A stretch of DNA of 64,000 bases. Source: Eledone cirrhosa (Eukaryota). Below, piece after piece: positions 1-14,935 of this stretch. The DNA is taken from positions 349,556,001 through 349,620,000 of the forward strand of contig OZ024740.1 in assembly GCA_964016885.1 (NCBI GenBank), written 5' to 3'. A program made the position numbers and the translations under genes. How positions within the stretch are numbered: the first letter of the stretch is position 1; every line of letters begins with the position of its first letter. Under the pieces are notes generated by a model that ran no database searches, was not told where the DNA came from, and saw only the letters and a list, made by a program, of their open reading frames with translations.

Positions 1-67
1 AATTAAATTGAAGTGAAAGCAACTGGTGCGTGTGTTTCTTATTGGCAACATGACCCTCCCAAAGTAT

Positions 68-132
<65 letters not shown>

Positions 133-133
<1 letters not shown>

Positions 134-1443
134 CATCATCATCATCATCATTTTACGTCCGCTTTTCCCTGCTTGCAAGGGTGGGACGGGTCTTATTCAG
201 CACAGCATCTCTCCACTTGTCACGGTCCCTCGTCATCTCCACCGTGAGCTTCAATGAACTGAGGTCTGTTCTCACCACCTCCGCCCATGTTTTTCGTGGT
301 CTACCTCTACCACGTCTTCCTTCAACTGGCAATTCCTGGCACTTCTTCACCCATCGGTCATCCTCCATGCGCATCACATGTCCATACCACCTCAGTCTCC
401 TCTCCCGTACACTACATTCTATCCCTCTCAGACACAGTTTCTCTCTCAACACATTTACACTGCACATCCAACGGAGCATGCTTGCCTCATTTCTCTCCAG
501 CCGTCGCATATCCTCTGCAGTTGCTGCCCATGTCTCACTACCATGCAGCATCGCGCTCCTCACACAGGCATCATACAACCGGCCTTTCGTACGCAGGGAG
601 AAACCTTTCTTCGTCAACAGAGGAAGCAGCTCCCAACCCGTCCTTATTCTAGATACTATGGCCTCGGAACACCCTCCTCCCATGCTAATCTGATCTCCTA
701 GGTACCAGAAGCTATCCACCACTTCTATAGCGCCCTCTTGCATTTGAAAAATGTGTCTATCAGTGTGACTTCTACTGTCTAATTTCCCTGTACATCTACT
801 GCATACATATTTCTCCCTACCTGTTAGTTTGCCTGCTATCCCGCTACATCTCTTGTGTACCCAGGATCTGCATTGTGTGCATTTTATAGAATTTATGCCA
901 GTTCCTTTTCTGCATACCAAACATGGCCATTTCCCTGACGGAATCAGGGTTTTGTCCTCTTTTCTACTCATCAACACTTTTGTCTTAGCTAGATTCACTC
1001 TCAGTCCTCTTGCTTCCAACTGCTGTTTCCATAGCCAGAATATATTCTCTAGCTCCTCTACTGATTCTGCTATAAGAACCAGATCGTCAGCATAGAGAAG
1101 TTCCCATGGACAGCCAGTCTTAAACTCCTCTGTTATAGCTTGGAGGACTATAATGAACAAGAGCGGGCTGCGGACCGAACCCTGATGTACTCCTACTTGT
1201 ACCTGGAATTCCTCACTAAACTCCATTCCTACCCTGACTTTACTGAGAGTACCTATGTACAAAGTTTGCACTGTCCTCACAAGCCATTCCTCAACACCTA
1301 GCTTCCTTAGGGACCACCAGATGACAGATCGGGGTACCCTATCAAAGGCCTTCTCTAGGTCAACAAAGGCTAAGTATAGTGGCTTATTCTTCTCTAAGAA
1401 CCTCTCTTGCAATTGTCTCACCAAGAAGAGGGCATCTGTTGTG
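133..1443 (-). mobile_element. RTE-clade LINE family A, 5'-truncated (RT + PHD-like finger + C-terminus), (GAT)n tail
   Basis: ORF 153-1457: [25 protein letters not shown]; ORF ends directly at the tail; small in-frame deletions relative to family B. Confidence 0.93.
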
Positions 1444-1590
1444 TATAATTTTGTCATTACTCTGATATGCCCAGTTCCTGGTTGGGTTGTTATTTCACTG
1501 AGTAACTGGAATCATATGATTCCAGTTCCTCAGTGAAATAACAACCCAACCAGGAACTGGACATATCAGAGTAATGACAAAATTATACAC
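1441..1590. repeat. 150-bp spacerless palindrome (75-bp arms, 2 mismatches)
   Basis: gtgtataattttgtc...ggaatcat|atgattcc...gacaaaattatacac, centre 1515/1516. Confidence 0.97.
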
Positions 1591-1630
1591 CTCAACAACA
1601 TATGTACTTGTCTATACCACACTAATTCAG

Positions 1631-1685
1631 ACTGCCTGAAGAGGTCACAGCCAAAGATGGCTGTCACTGAAATATATATAGCAGT
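1631..1685 (+). ncRNA. Type I hammerhead ribozyme (minimal, Penelope/retrozyme-like)
   Basis: actgc CTGAAGA ggtcacagcc-aaagat-ggctgtcact GAAA tatata TA gcagt, followed by aataaa. Confidence 0.8.
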
Positions 1686-1843
1686 AATAAACGAAGCTAA
1701 ATTTTAAACATTTGACTTTTTATTTAACTTTATTTTACATTACTCCGGAGTAACAAAACCAACCTGCGCACTTCGTCGAGTGCTCCAGCCTGCATACTGA
1801 GGTGTTGGTATACAACCAACATATACTCAAAATCTATATATAC

Positions 1844-1877
<34 letters not shown>

Positions 1878-1895
1878 ATATATACATATATATAC

Positions 1896-1966
<71 letters not shown>

Positions 1967-1967
1967 C

Positions 1968-2002
<35 letters not shown>

Positions 2003-2093
2003 CATATATATATACATATATATACATATATATATACATATATATACATATATATACATATATATATATATACACATATATATATATATACAC

Positions 2094-2144
<51 letters not shown>

Positions 2145-2155
2145 CATATATATAT

Positions 2156-4044
2156 CCCAAAGTGTTCTTTTCATTTGCAAAAAAACACAAAATCACTGGC
2201 TCTACTGTTGGCCCTCTAATTGATGAAAATGGCACTCTTCAAGACAATGCTAAAACCATGGGTGAGATACTGCAGAAACAATACTGCTCTGTTTTCAGCA
2301 ATCCTGATATGGCCGATCTGGGCTGTATCGGCGATGTTACTCCCCATTACACCTTATCGGACATAACGTTTGGCGCCCCTGATGTCTTGGCGGCAATAAA
2401 GGAAATCAAGCATAATTCAGCAGTAGGTCCCGATAGGTTCCCTGCTTGTGTCTTGAAGGCGTGTCAACACCAACTTGCTTCTCCTCTTGCCAATCTGTGG
2501 CGGAACTCACTGGATGCTGGATATGTGCCAGAAAACCTTCTATCCCAGTCTGTTGTCCCAGTTTTCAAAAAGGGAAACAAATCCCTTGCCGTGAATTACC
2601 GTCCAATCTCACTCACCTCTCATATCATTAAGGTATTTGAGCGAGTGGTGAGATCGCGAATGACCCACTTCCTTGAGAGTAACAATATGCTGAACTCCAA
2701 CCAGCATGGATTCCGTAATGGAAGGGATTGCCTGACGCAACTACTGCATCACTTTGATGACATTTTGAGAGCCTTGGGAGAGGGTTCCAACACTGATGTT
2801 ATCTACCTTGATTTCAGCAAGGCCTTTGACAGGGTTGATCATAACATTCTACTGAGAAAGCTGTCCAATATTGGTGTCACTGGAAAGCTGCTGCAGTGGA
2901 TCAAGAGCTTCCTGTCAAACAGAACCCAACATGTTGTAGTTGAGGGAGTCAAATCAAGCCCAGCCAAAGTCAGTAGTGGAGTCCCACAAGGCACTGTGTT
3001 GGGCCCACTTCTCTTCATCATCTATATTAATGACATCACTGACATCATCAAACACAGCAACATTAAAATTTTCGCTGATGATTCCAAGCTCCAAAAGGTC
3101 ATCAATGGCGTGGATGACCGGATAAGCCTTCAGTCAGACCTACTGGCTGTTACCCAATGGGCAGAAAAGAACAACATGTTACTGAACGAAGACAAATTCG
3201 AACTGATCCACTTTGGAAAAGAGAATGCTCTGAAACTCCCGTACTCCCTTCCCTCCGGGGAAACTCTCGTGGCATCTAACAACATCAGAGACTTGGGAGT
3301 AACCGTGGACAGCAACATAAGCTGGACCACGCATATAAGCAGCAAAGTTGACATGGCCCGCAGAATGTGTTCCTGGATCCTCAGAACCTTCCAGTCGAGA
3401 GATTCCCGCACCATTATCCTTCTCTTCTCTACTTTCGCCCGACCACACCTTGAATACTGTTGTCCACTGTGGTCTCCCCACACGAAACAAAGTATCATGA
3501 AACTTGAAGCTCCTCAAAGGGCAATCACGAAAAAGATAGATGGCATGTCAGACCTTGACTACTGGGGTCGATTGGAAAACCTGAAACTTTACTCACTCCA
3601 ACGTCGCCGTGAGCGTTATATTATCTGCATGATGTGGAAAATGTTCCATCATCACTGCCCAAATGATGTTGGCATCGCCTTCAAGATACACCCAAGGCTT
3701 GGGCCCCGTGCTATCCGTCCCATTCAAAAATCTAAATCGCAACTCATAACAACAATACGGCACAATTATTTCACCTCAATCGGCCCTGCTCTCTTCAACA
3801 TCACACCAGGACACGTCAAAACAGAAACTGACCACACAAAATTCAAGAAGTCTTTGGACAAATTCCTCCAAGTAATCCCGGACAAACCACCCACACCCGG
3901 ATATGTCTCCGCAAACAGTAATTCTCTTCTCGAATGGGCCATGGTGCCCAAATCCTGAATTGAAAGACTTCGCCAGGTGGTGCTATTAAGTTAGACATGG
4001 CCTGGGCCAATACTGGCCAAAACATTTCAAAGTTATTCAAAGTT
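2156..4044 (+). mobile_element. CR1/L2-group non-LTR retrotransposon, 5'-truncated, uninterrupted RT ORF to 3958
   Basis: [38 protein letters not shown] motifs; short aagtta tandem tail; TA arrays on both sides. Confidence 0.9.
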
Positions 4045-4056
4045 ATATATATATAC

Positions 4057-4087
<31 letters not shown>

Positions 4088-4100
4088 CATATACATATAC

Positions 4101-4131
<31 letters not shown>

Positions 4132-4179
4132 CATATATATATATACATATACATATATATATATACATATACATATACA

Positions 4180-4211
<32 letters not shown>

Positions 4212-4252
4212 CATATATATATATACATATACATATACATATATACATATAC

Positions 4253-4285
<33 letters not shown>

Positions 4286-4446
4286 CATATATATACATAT
4301 ACATATATATATATATATATACATATATATATAACAAAGGAAATGTGGTAAGGAACTGGCAGGTTTAGCCACCATCTCCCCCTACTAATTTGCAACCACA
4401 GAATTACTACTGATTTTTGACAATCACTTTGACCATATATGGAATT

Positions 4447-4540
4447 ACCCCTTGAGAAGATCGGCTATTTAAATACCAGGATAAATTTTCATTTAGTCCA
4501 GAATTAGCCGTCGAAACGGCTTGAGCTCAGCTGTCGGGGT
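4447..4540 (+). ncRNA. Type I hammerhead ribozyme, U3-A8 core variant
   Basis: acccc TTGAGAA gatcggcta...tagccgtc GAAA cggct-tgagctc-agctg TC ggggt; GUC cleavage triplet 4533-4535. Confidence 0.75.
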
Positions 4541-4582
4541 CTTACTGGTTCTTATTACATATATATATATATACATATATAT

Positions 4583-4638
<56 letters not shown>

Positions 4639-4639
<1 letters not shown>

Positions 4640-5440
4640 TGCTGCATGGCAGTGAGACCTGGGCATTGTGTGCAGAGGATATACGCAGACTAGAGAGGAA
4701 CGAAGCTTGCATGCTCCGCTGGATGTGTAACAGTAATATACGTGAACGGCAAAGCATAAACGAACTAAGGAAAAAATTAGAGATAAGAGGGATCAGATGT
4801 TGTTTACTCGAGAGAAGGCTACGTTGGTATGGACACGTGATGCGCATGAAAGTCGATAGCTGTATAACAAAGTGCAGGGCAATAAAGATAGACGGTAGTC
4901 ACGGAATAGGCAGACCTAGAAAAACCTGGGACGAGCTGATAAACTCCGACATCACACACTTACACCTCTCCAAGACAATGTCACTGGACCGAGACCTTTG
5001 GCGGTACTCAGTAACAGAGAAGACCCGCCTTACCTAAATATATAGTAAAACCTACTCCAGCCAGTAGGCATCCCTAACAAAATACACCCCGTCCCACCAC
5101 CCCCACCCCTACCCCATCCACACCACCCCCTCTATGTAAAGTTATGTTGGTGCCGCGCCATCGAGGCCGAAACAAATGAGATCGTGTAGGTGTCACGACA
5201 AAAAAACACACAGTCCACGCTGTAATGTGGCCGTGTAGGCAACACGGTAAAAACCTCCCAGACCCACACTGTAAATGTGGTTGGTGTTAGGAAGGGCATC
5301 CAACTGTAGAAAACCTGCCAGACAGTCCTATGCGAGCAAGACAATCACTCTTGCCTCAAGTGGGACTACCCCCGTCCAAACCCATGCAAGCGTGGAACAC
5401 GGACGTTAAACGTTGATGATGATGATGATGATGATGATGA

Positions 5441-5441
<1 letters not shown>
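4639..5441 (+). mobile_element. RTE family B 3' fragment with 3'UTR and (GAT)n tail
   Basis: Near-identical to 19410-20172. Confidence 0.93.
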
Positions 5442-6441
<1,000 letters not shown>

Positions 6442-6583
6442 GTGGGACTGGAGTGTGCATAATGTGTAGGAGCAAAGGATGGTTGAGGGAGTTCCGTGTG
6501 TTTTATTATGCGCATTTCAAAATATGTTGATTTAAAACTGAACTATCCACAAGTGTTTTTTAACCTTCATATCATGTCTTCCT

Positions 6584-6652
6584 GTTTTATCTGATGAAAA
6601 CACAAATATTATTGCATGATGATATTTGTTTTTGAAATGCGCATAATAAAAT
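6584..6652 (+). ncRNA. Type I hammerhead ribozyme (minimal, palindromic stem III)
   Basis: gttttat CTGATGA aaacacaaatatta...tgatatttgttttt GAAA tgcgca TA ataaaat. Confidence 0.8.
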
Positions 6653-6685
6653 ACATGGAACTCTTTTAACCATCTTTTGTTCTTA

Positions 6686-6749
6686 TATATTACATATACA
6701 TATATATACATATATATATATATACACACATATATATATATATACACAC

Positions 6750-6848
<99 letters not shown>

Positions 6849-6849
6849 C

Positions 6850-6897
<48 letters not shown>

Positions 6898-6981
6898 GTA
6901 TATATATATATACATATATATATATATACATATATATATACATATATATATATATACATATATATATACATATATATATAC

Positions 6982-7078
<97 letters not shown>

Positions 7079-7163
7079 CATACATATATATATATATACA
7101 TATATATATACATATATATATACATATATATATATACATATATATATACATATATATATATAC

Positions 7164-7194
<31 letters not shown>

Positions 7195-7207
7195 CATATA
7201 TATATAC

Positions 7208-7238
<31 letters not shown>

Positions 7239-7291
7239 CATATATATATACATATATATATATATACATATATATATACATATATATATAC

Positions 7292-7354
<63 letters not shown>

Positions 7355-7427
7355 CATATATATATATACATATATATATATACATATATATATATACATA
7401 TATATATATATACATATATATATATAC

Positions 7428-7458
<31 letters not shown>

Positions 7459-7535
7459 CATATATATATACACATATATATATATACATATATATATACA
7501 TATATATATACATATATATATACATATATATATAC

Positions 7536-7590
<55 letters not shown>

Positions 7591-7903
7591 CATATATATA
7601 TACACATATATATATATACATATATATATACATATATATATACATATATATATACATATATATATACATATATATATACATATATATATATATACATATA
7701 TATATATACATATATATATATATACATATATATATACATATATATATACATATATATATACATATATATATACATATATATATATATACATATATATATA
7801 CATATATATATATACATACATATATATATACATATATATATACATACATATATATATACATATATATATACATATATATATACATACATATATATATACA
7901 TAC

Positions 7904-7934
<31 letters not shown>

Positions 7935-7955
7935 CATACATATATATATACATAC

Positions 7956-7986
<31 letters not shown>

Positions 7987-8021
7987 CATATATATATATA
8001 TACATATATATATATACATAT
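6686..8021. repeat. About 1.3 kb (TA)n/TACA array
   Basis: Direct reading. Confidence 0.97.
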
Positions 8022-8363
8022 GGAGGCACATGGCTTAGTGGTTAGAGCATTGGCCTTGCAATCGAAAGGTTGTGAGTTCAATTCTCAGACCGGGTGATGT
8101 GTTGTTTCCTTGAGCAAGACACTTTATTTCACATTGCTCCAGTTTACTCAGCTGTAGAAATGAGATGATAGGGACTGGGGTCCATATCATTCCACTGTAA
8201 AGTGGTCGTGGAGGTGCCACGGCAAAAAAGCACCCAGCACTCACTGTAAATGAGGTTGGTGTTAGGAAGGGCATCCAGCTGTAGAAATCAAGCCAGAACC
8301 AGTTCCCGTCCCACCCTTGCAAGCAGGGAAAAGTGGACATAAAATGAAATGAAATGATGATGA
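8021..8363 (+). mobile_element. tRNA-derived CORE-type SINE with RTE-derived tail
   Basis: A box tggcttagtgg, B box gagttcaattc, CORE-like ccttgagcaagacactt, 3' end matching RTE family A. Confidence 0.85.
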
Positions 8364-8412
8364 TATATATACATATATATACATATATATATATACATAT
8401 ATATATATATAT

Positions 8413-8606
8413 CTCCAAGACAATGTCACTGGACCGAGACCTTTGGCGGTACTCAGTAACAGAGAAGACCCGCCTTGCCAGTAGGCATCTCTAACAAAAT
8501 ACACCCCGTCCCGCCACCACCCCCACCCCATCCACACCACCCCGTTCCATGTAAAGTTATGTTGGTGCCGCGCCATCCAGGTCGTTGATGATGATGATGA
8601 TGATGA
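8413..8606 (+). mobile_element. RTE family B 3' fragment with internal deletion before the tail
   Basis: Matches about 19739-19906, then jumps to cgttgatgatg. Confidence 0.85.
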
Positions 8607-8633
8607 TATACATATATATACATACATATATAT

Positions 8634-9675
8634 CATCATCATCATCATCATCGTTTAACGTCCGTGTTCCACGCTTGCATGGGTTTGGACGGGGGTTTTC
8701 CCACTTGAGGCAAGAGTGATTGTCTTGCTCGCATAGGACTGTCTGGCAGGTTTTCTACAGTTGGATGCCCTTCCTAACACCAACCACATTTACAGTGTGG
8801 GTCTGGGAGGTTTTTACCGTGTTGCCTACACGGCCACATTACAGCGTGGACTGTGTGTTTTTTTGTCGTGACACCTACACGATCTCATTTGTTTCGGCCT
8901 GGATGGTGTGGCACCAACATAACTTTACATAGAGGGGGTGGTGTGGATGGGGTGGGGGTGGTGGGACGGGGGTGTATTTTGTGAGAGATGCCTACTGACT
9001 GTAGTAGGTTTTACTTTGTATTTAGGTAAGGCGGGTCTTCTCTATTACTGAGTACCGCCAAAGGTCTCGGTCCAGTGACATTGTCTTGGTGAGGTGTAAC
9101 TGTGTGAGGTCGGAGTTTATCAGCTCGTCCCAGGTTTTTCTAGGTCTGCCTATTCCGTGGCTACCGTCTATCTTTATTGCCCTGCACTTTGTTATACAGC
9201 TATCGTCCTTCATGCGCATCACGTGACCATACCAACGTAGCCTTCTCTCTAGTAAACAACATCTGATCCCTCTTATTTCTAATTTTTTCCTTAGTTCGTT
9301 TATGCTTTGTCGTTCACGTATATTACTATTACACATCCAGCGGAGCATGCAAGCTTCGTTTCTCTCTAGTCTGCGTATATCCTCTGCACACAATGCCCAG
9401 GTCTCACTGCCATGCAACATTGCTGTTCGTATGCAGGCATCGTACAGCCTGCCTTTCATTTTTAGGGAGAACCCTTTAGCAGCTAATAGTGGTATAAGCT
9501 CTCTGAACTTTTTCCACCCAGTTCTGACTCTAGCTACTGTACTTTCAGAGCACCCTCCCCCACTGCTGATTTTGTCACCCAGGTAACGGAAGCTGTCCAC
9601 TATTTCTATAGAACCCTCTGCGCAGTTGAAAGAGCTAGTATTTTGTGGGCACTTGCTGCTACTTATTGCCCCAGA

Positions 9676-9677
<2 letters not shown>
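8634..9677 (-). mobile_element. RTE family B 3' fragment, inverted
   Basis: [11 protein letters not shown]...KTRLT plus 3'UTR, near-identical to 19152-20172. Confidence 0.93.
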
Positions 9678-9768
<91 letters not shown>

Positions 9769-9781
9769 TATATAAATATAC

Positions 9782-9814
<33 letters not shown>

Positions 9815-9853
9815 CATATACATATATATACATATACATATGTATATATATAC

Positions 9854-9884
<31 letters not shown>

Positions 9885-10551
9885 AATATACATATATATA
9901 TATACATATATATATATAAATATACATATATATATATATACACATATATATATATACATATGTATATATATACATATATATATATACATATGTATATATA
10001 TACATATGTATATATATACATATGTATATATATATATGTATATATATACATATGTATATATATATATATACATATATATATATAAATATACATATATATA
10101 TATACATATATATATATAAATATACATATATATATATATACACATATATATATATACATATGTATATATATACATATATATATATACATATGTATATATA
10201 TACATATGTATATATATACATATGTATATATATACATATACATATATATATATACACATATATATATATACATATGTATATATATACATATATATATATA
10301 CATATGTATATATATACATATATATACATATATATATATACATATATATATATATAAATATACATATGTATATATATACATATATATATATACATATGTA
10401 TATATATACATATATATATATACATATGTATATATATACATATATATATATACATATGTATATATATACATATATATACATATATATATATACATATATA
10501 TATATATAAATATACATATATATATATACATATATATATATATAAATATAC

Positions 10552-10598
<47 letters not shown>

Positions 10599-10637
10599 TA
10601 CATATATATATATACATATATATATATATAAATATAC

Positions 10638-10712
<75 letters not shown>
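9678..10712. repeat. About 1 kb (TA)n/TACA array
   Basis: Direct reading. Confidence 0.97.
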
Positions 10713-10713
<1 letters not shown>

Positions 10714-10929
10714 TATTAATCTCCCCTAAGGTCAAGATAAAATTTTGGTTGTTTTTACTGCTGCTATTTCTAGTGGCAGGACATTGACCTTTCCACCCTT
10801 GCCTTCTATCTTTACACACGGCACTAGACAAGATTGTTTCCTTATCATACACTCTCATCCGGGAACAGTTTTGTACGGCGCCAGTTAGTGATTTGAACTC
10901 TGGAATTTTATATTCTCCTATTGAGAAGA

Positions 10930-11000
10930 ACCCTCTGACGAAATTCTCCTTCTCAATGGTGTTCCATTTCTTTTGAGAATTGAAACCGCGCGGTAAGGGT
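10930..11000 (+). ncRNA. Type I hammerhead ribozyme (palindromic stem III ccgcgcgg)
   Basis: accct CTGACGA aattctc...gagaatt GAAA ccgcgcgg TA agggt; GUA triplet. Confidence 0.85.
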
Positions 11001-11943
11001 AAATATAGTAAGTACAGTAAACGTTTTAAAATTTATTTTAAAACTTTTTCTCTATTTGCTAAACCTTGAGTATATATATGTACAATTAACCTGTTAATAA
11101 TTCTATTGACAGATTAATTGCATAAGTTTATTTTAAACACTACCTGGTTGAGTGCTTATTCGATTTGTACTATTTATGCAATTTTTTGCATGATATACAC
11201 ATAATGAATTCATTTGCCAAAATCTGGGGTTTTTCCACTTGTGAATTACACATGTGCTTTTACAAAGCTCTACGTCATTCACAAAGTTGGTGCAGAGCAA
11301 AATACCTGTTGATAACGTGATATTCCTTGTTCGACCATTATACCAAAAGCTTATAGTTTTAAGCAGACAGTATTATTGATTTAGGTGTCATAGAAACCCT
11401 GCATTTGGATTTTACCATCATTCCAATGGGTCCAGGTCTGTTTTTATCATTTATTTTGTTTGACATGTTTAGCTTGATTTGTTTTTTGGCTTAGGTGGTT
11501 AATGCCTTCTTGACCACTTTTTCAGTTTGTATGGTGTTTTAACATATTGTTTAGCTCTGGTTTTTTTAACTATGGAGCGCTTGCTAGCATAACTCTGATT
11601 TTTGCGGAATGTTTCGCTTTTTCTACCCGCCGAAATGCGGTTCTCGCTAAATTTATATTTACATACATACATATATATATACATACATACATACATACAT
11701 ATATATATATACACGCACACATACATATATATACACACACACACATATATATATATACACACACACACACACATATTTATATATATACACACACACATAC
11801 ATATATATACACACACACACATATATATATATACACACACACATATATATATATACACTACACACACATATATGTATACACTACACACACATATATGTAT
11901 ATATATATATACATACACACACATATATATATATATATATATA

Positions 11944-12467
11944 CGGAATAGGCAGACCTAGAAAAACCTGGGACGAGCTGATAATCTCCGACCTCACACA
12001 CTTACACCTCTCCAAGACAATGTCACTGGACCGAGACCTTTGGCAGTACTCAGTAACAGAGAAGACCCGCCTTACCTAAATACATAGTAAAACCTACTAC
12101 AGCCAGTAGGCATCTCTAACAAAATACACCCCATCCCAACACCCCCACCCTATCCACACCACCCCCTTCTATGTAAAGTTACGTTGGTGCCACGCCATCC
12201 AGGCCGAAACAAATGAGATCGTGTAGGTGTCACGACAAAAAAACACACAGTCCACGCTGTAATGTGGCCGTGTAGGCAACACGGTAAAAACCTCCCAGAC
12301 CCACACTGTAAATGTGGTTGGTGTTAGGAAGGGCATCCAACTGTAGAAAACCTGCCAGACAGTCCTATGCGAACAAGACAATCACTCTTGCCTCAAGTGG
12401 GACTACCCCCGTCCAAACCCATGCAAGCGTGGAACACGGACGTGAAACGTTGATGATGATGATGATG
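11944..12467 (+). mobile_element. RTE family B 3' fragment
   Basis: Matches about 19672-20172. Confidence 0.9.
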
Positions 12468-13100
<633 letters not shown>

Positions 13101-13241
13101 ACACACAGATTTAATATGAAGTATAATTAATCCTCATCATTCAGGAAGTATGTTGAATACAAAAGCATGTATAGACTTTGCAGATCAACAACAATAATAT
13201 ATCTTCAAAGTGTACCAAAAAGCAAGGATAAACACGCTTAC

Positions 13242-13394
13242 CTGTGTATACCTGTATGAACCACAAGGTGGCAGTAAGAAGGACACCAATGATAAATGCC
13301 GAGAAAGCTATTCCAATTACTGTGCCTGATTCCAGACCTTGTACAGTGACCTGTTTAATACTGGTTTTAGTTGAAAGACTAGTATCTTTATTGC
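13242..13394 (-). CDS. TGFBR3: TGFBR3-like transmembrane exon (...VQGLESGTVIGIAFSAFIIGVLLTATLWFIQVYT)
   Basis: ttccag acceptor, gtaagc donor, phase 1/1; close to human [33 protein letters not shown]. Confidence 0.92.
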
Positions 13395-14463
13395 CTGGAA
13401 ATATAAATATTGTCATCTTGTAAGACTTGAGAGAATAAAATAAAATGTAAATGTTCCTGAATCCTCAATATGGATTGATTTCAAGGGCCAGTACTTAATC
13501 CTGTTCGTGTGGCATAATGCAGAAAATTATTTTGATCTGTTGACTATTAGATGGTTGAGGACTATCTAACACCTGAATGGGAGGCTGAATACCTGATGGT
13601 AGCCGTAGCCTTAGGTGATAAATAAAACATACCACCCAATTTAACACCAGCACCAACACCATATGTTGCAAACCAGATACCTGCTTCTCTTTCTATCCAT
13701 ATTTTACCAACAGACACTGAACAAAGAAAATCCAACTCCTTTTTCTTATCATGCGTTTCCTATTTATGCTTCATCTAACTCTTATTGGGTTTACCTCTAC
13801 CAAGTAGTCCACAACGACATACTCACTATCTTATCTCTTAATGACCACAGCTACAAGCTAGATTCAAGCATATATATAGTATCTATGAAGACAGCAATCA
13901 CAGTCTAGTGAAGCTTACTGCAGCAAAAACTCAAAGTTGACCTTTTCATTGTAATACAAAATAAAACTAAATTTTTATCTCCCTATGTAGTATTCCCATC
14001 TACATTAGTTTTTGAAGTATCTATGCAAACATGACATATTATTAGAAATAGCAGAAAAATCTCCCTTAAATTTTAACCCATCCATGTTAGCAAATGGGGA
14101 AAGTAGATAGTGTAGTTCAAAATATAAAATAAGATAGACATGGCTAGAACATAGGTCTACTGAATCAGTGAGGCTATATGTGAGCCAATAAGGGAACTTC
14201 AGAAGAAAATAAGGAGCTTGTATGATTTTGCTTGACCTGCTAAAAATAACAGGTAAATCTTCTTCAAATCACATCCTACCATCATGAAAAAATAAGTGCA
14301 TAATAAATAATATGTCCTGGATACACTATAATCTCAATAAAATATCATGGCTGGAACAGTTTTGACAGGATCAGGGATCAACAACAACAACTGTGGTAGA
14401 GAGCTAATGATATGAATTACAAAATATTTTAAGACATTTGAAAGAATAAAGTTCAAACCTTAC

Positions 14464-14584
14464 GTAATAAAGATTTTCCTGAGTGAACAATGAAACCAAC
14501 TTCACTTATTACTTTCACCAACTGTTCTCCAATAAAACTATTATGCTCATTATAATTGGAGCAAAATTCTTCAGGTGCAATACA
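14464..14584 (-). CDS. TGFBR3: TGFBR3-like exon (CIAPEEFCSNYNEHNSFIGEQLVKVISEVGFIVHSGKSLL)
   Basis: long pyrimidine tract plus tgtag acceptor, gtaagg donor, phase 0/1; resembles betaglycan CVPPDEAC. Confidence 0.82.
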
Positions 14585-14747
14585 CTACAGCAAAGAGAGA
14601 AAAAAGAGAAATAATCATAAATAAATACATCAATGTTTTGGGTTTTTTTTTTTTTTATTATTTCAGAAACTTGTTATTCTAGTAATTCAAAAACTAAATT
14701 CAAGCAAAATATGCAGAATACTAAAAGAAAGCTCAATTATATCTATA

Positions 14748-14935
14748 TAATTGTTTCTACTTTGGCACAAGGCCAGCAATTACCCAGTGCATTACTGGCA
14801 CTTTATTTTATCGACCCCGTAAGGATGAAAGGCAAAGTTAAACTCAGTGGGATTTGAATTCAGAACATGATGGGCCATAACTATGCTGTAAAGGATGGTG
14901 TCTGACGCTTTACCGAAACTGCCAATTCACCGCCC
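14748..14935 (-). mobile_element. tRNA-derived Meta-type SINE
   Basis: Reverse complement of gcctttcatccttacggggtcgataaaataaagt central domain plus tRNA head. Confidence 0.8.

Noticed and set aside
8024-8095. tRNA gene
   Set aside because: It is the head of a SINE, continuing into CORE-like and RTE-derived parts; same for the other SINE heads.
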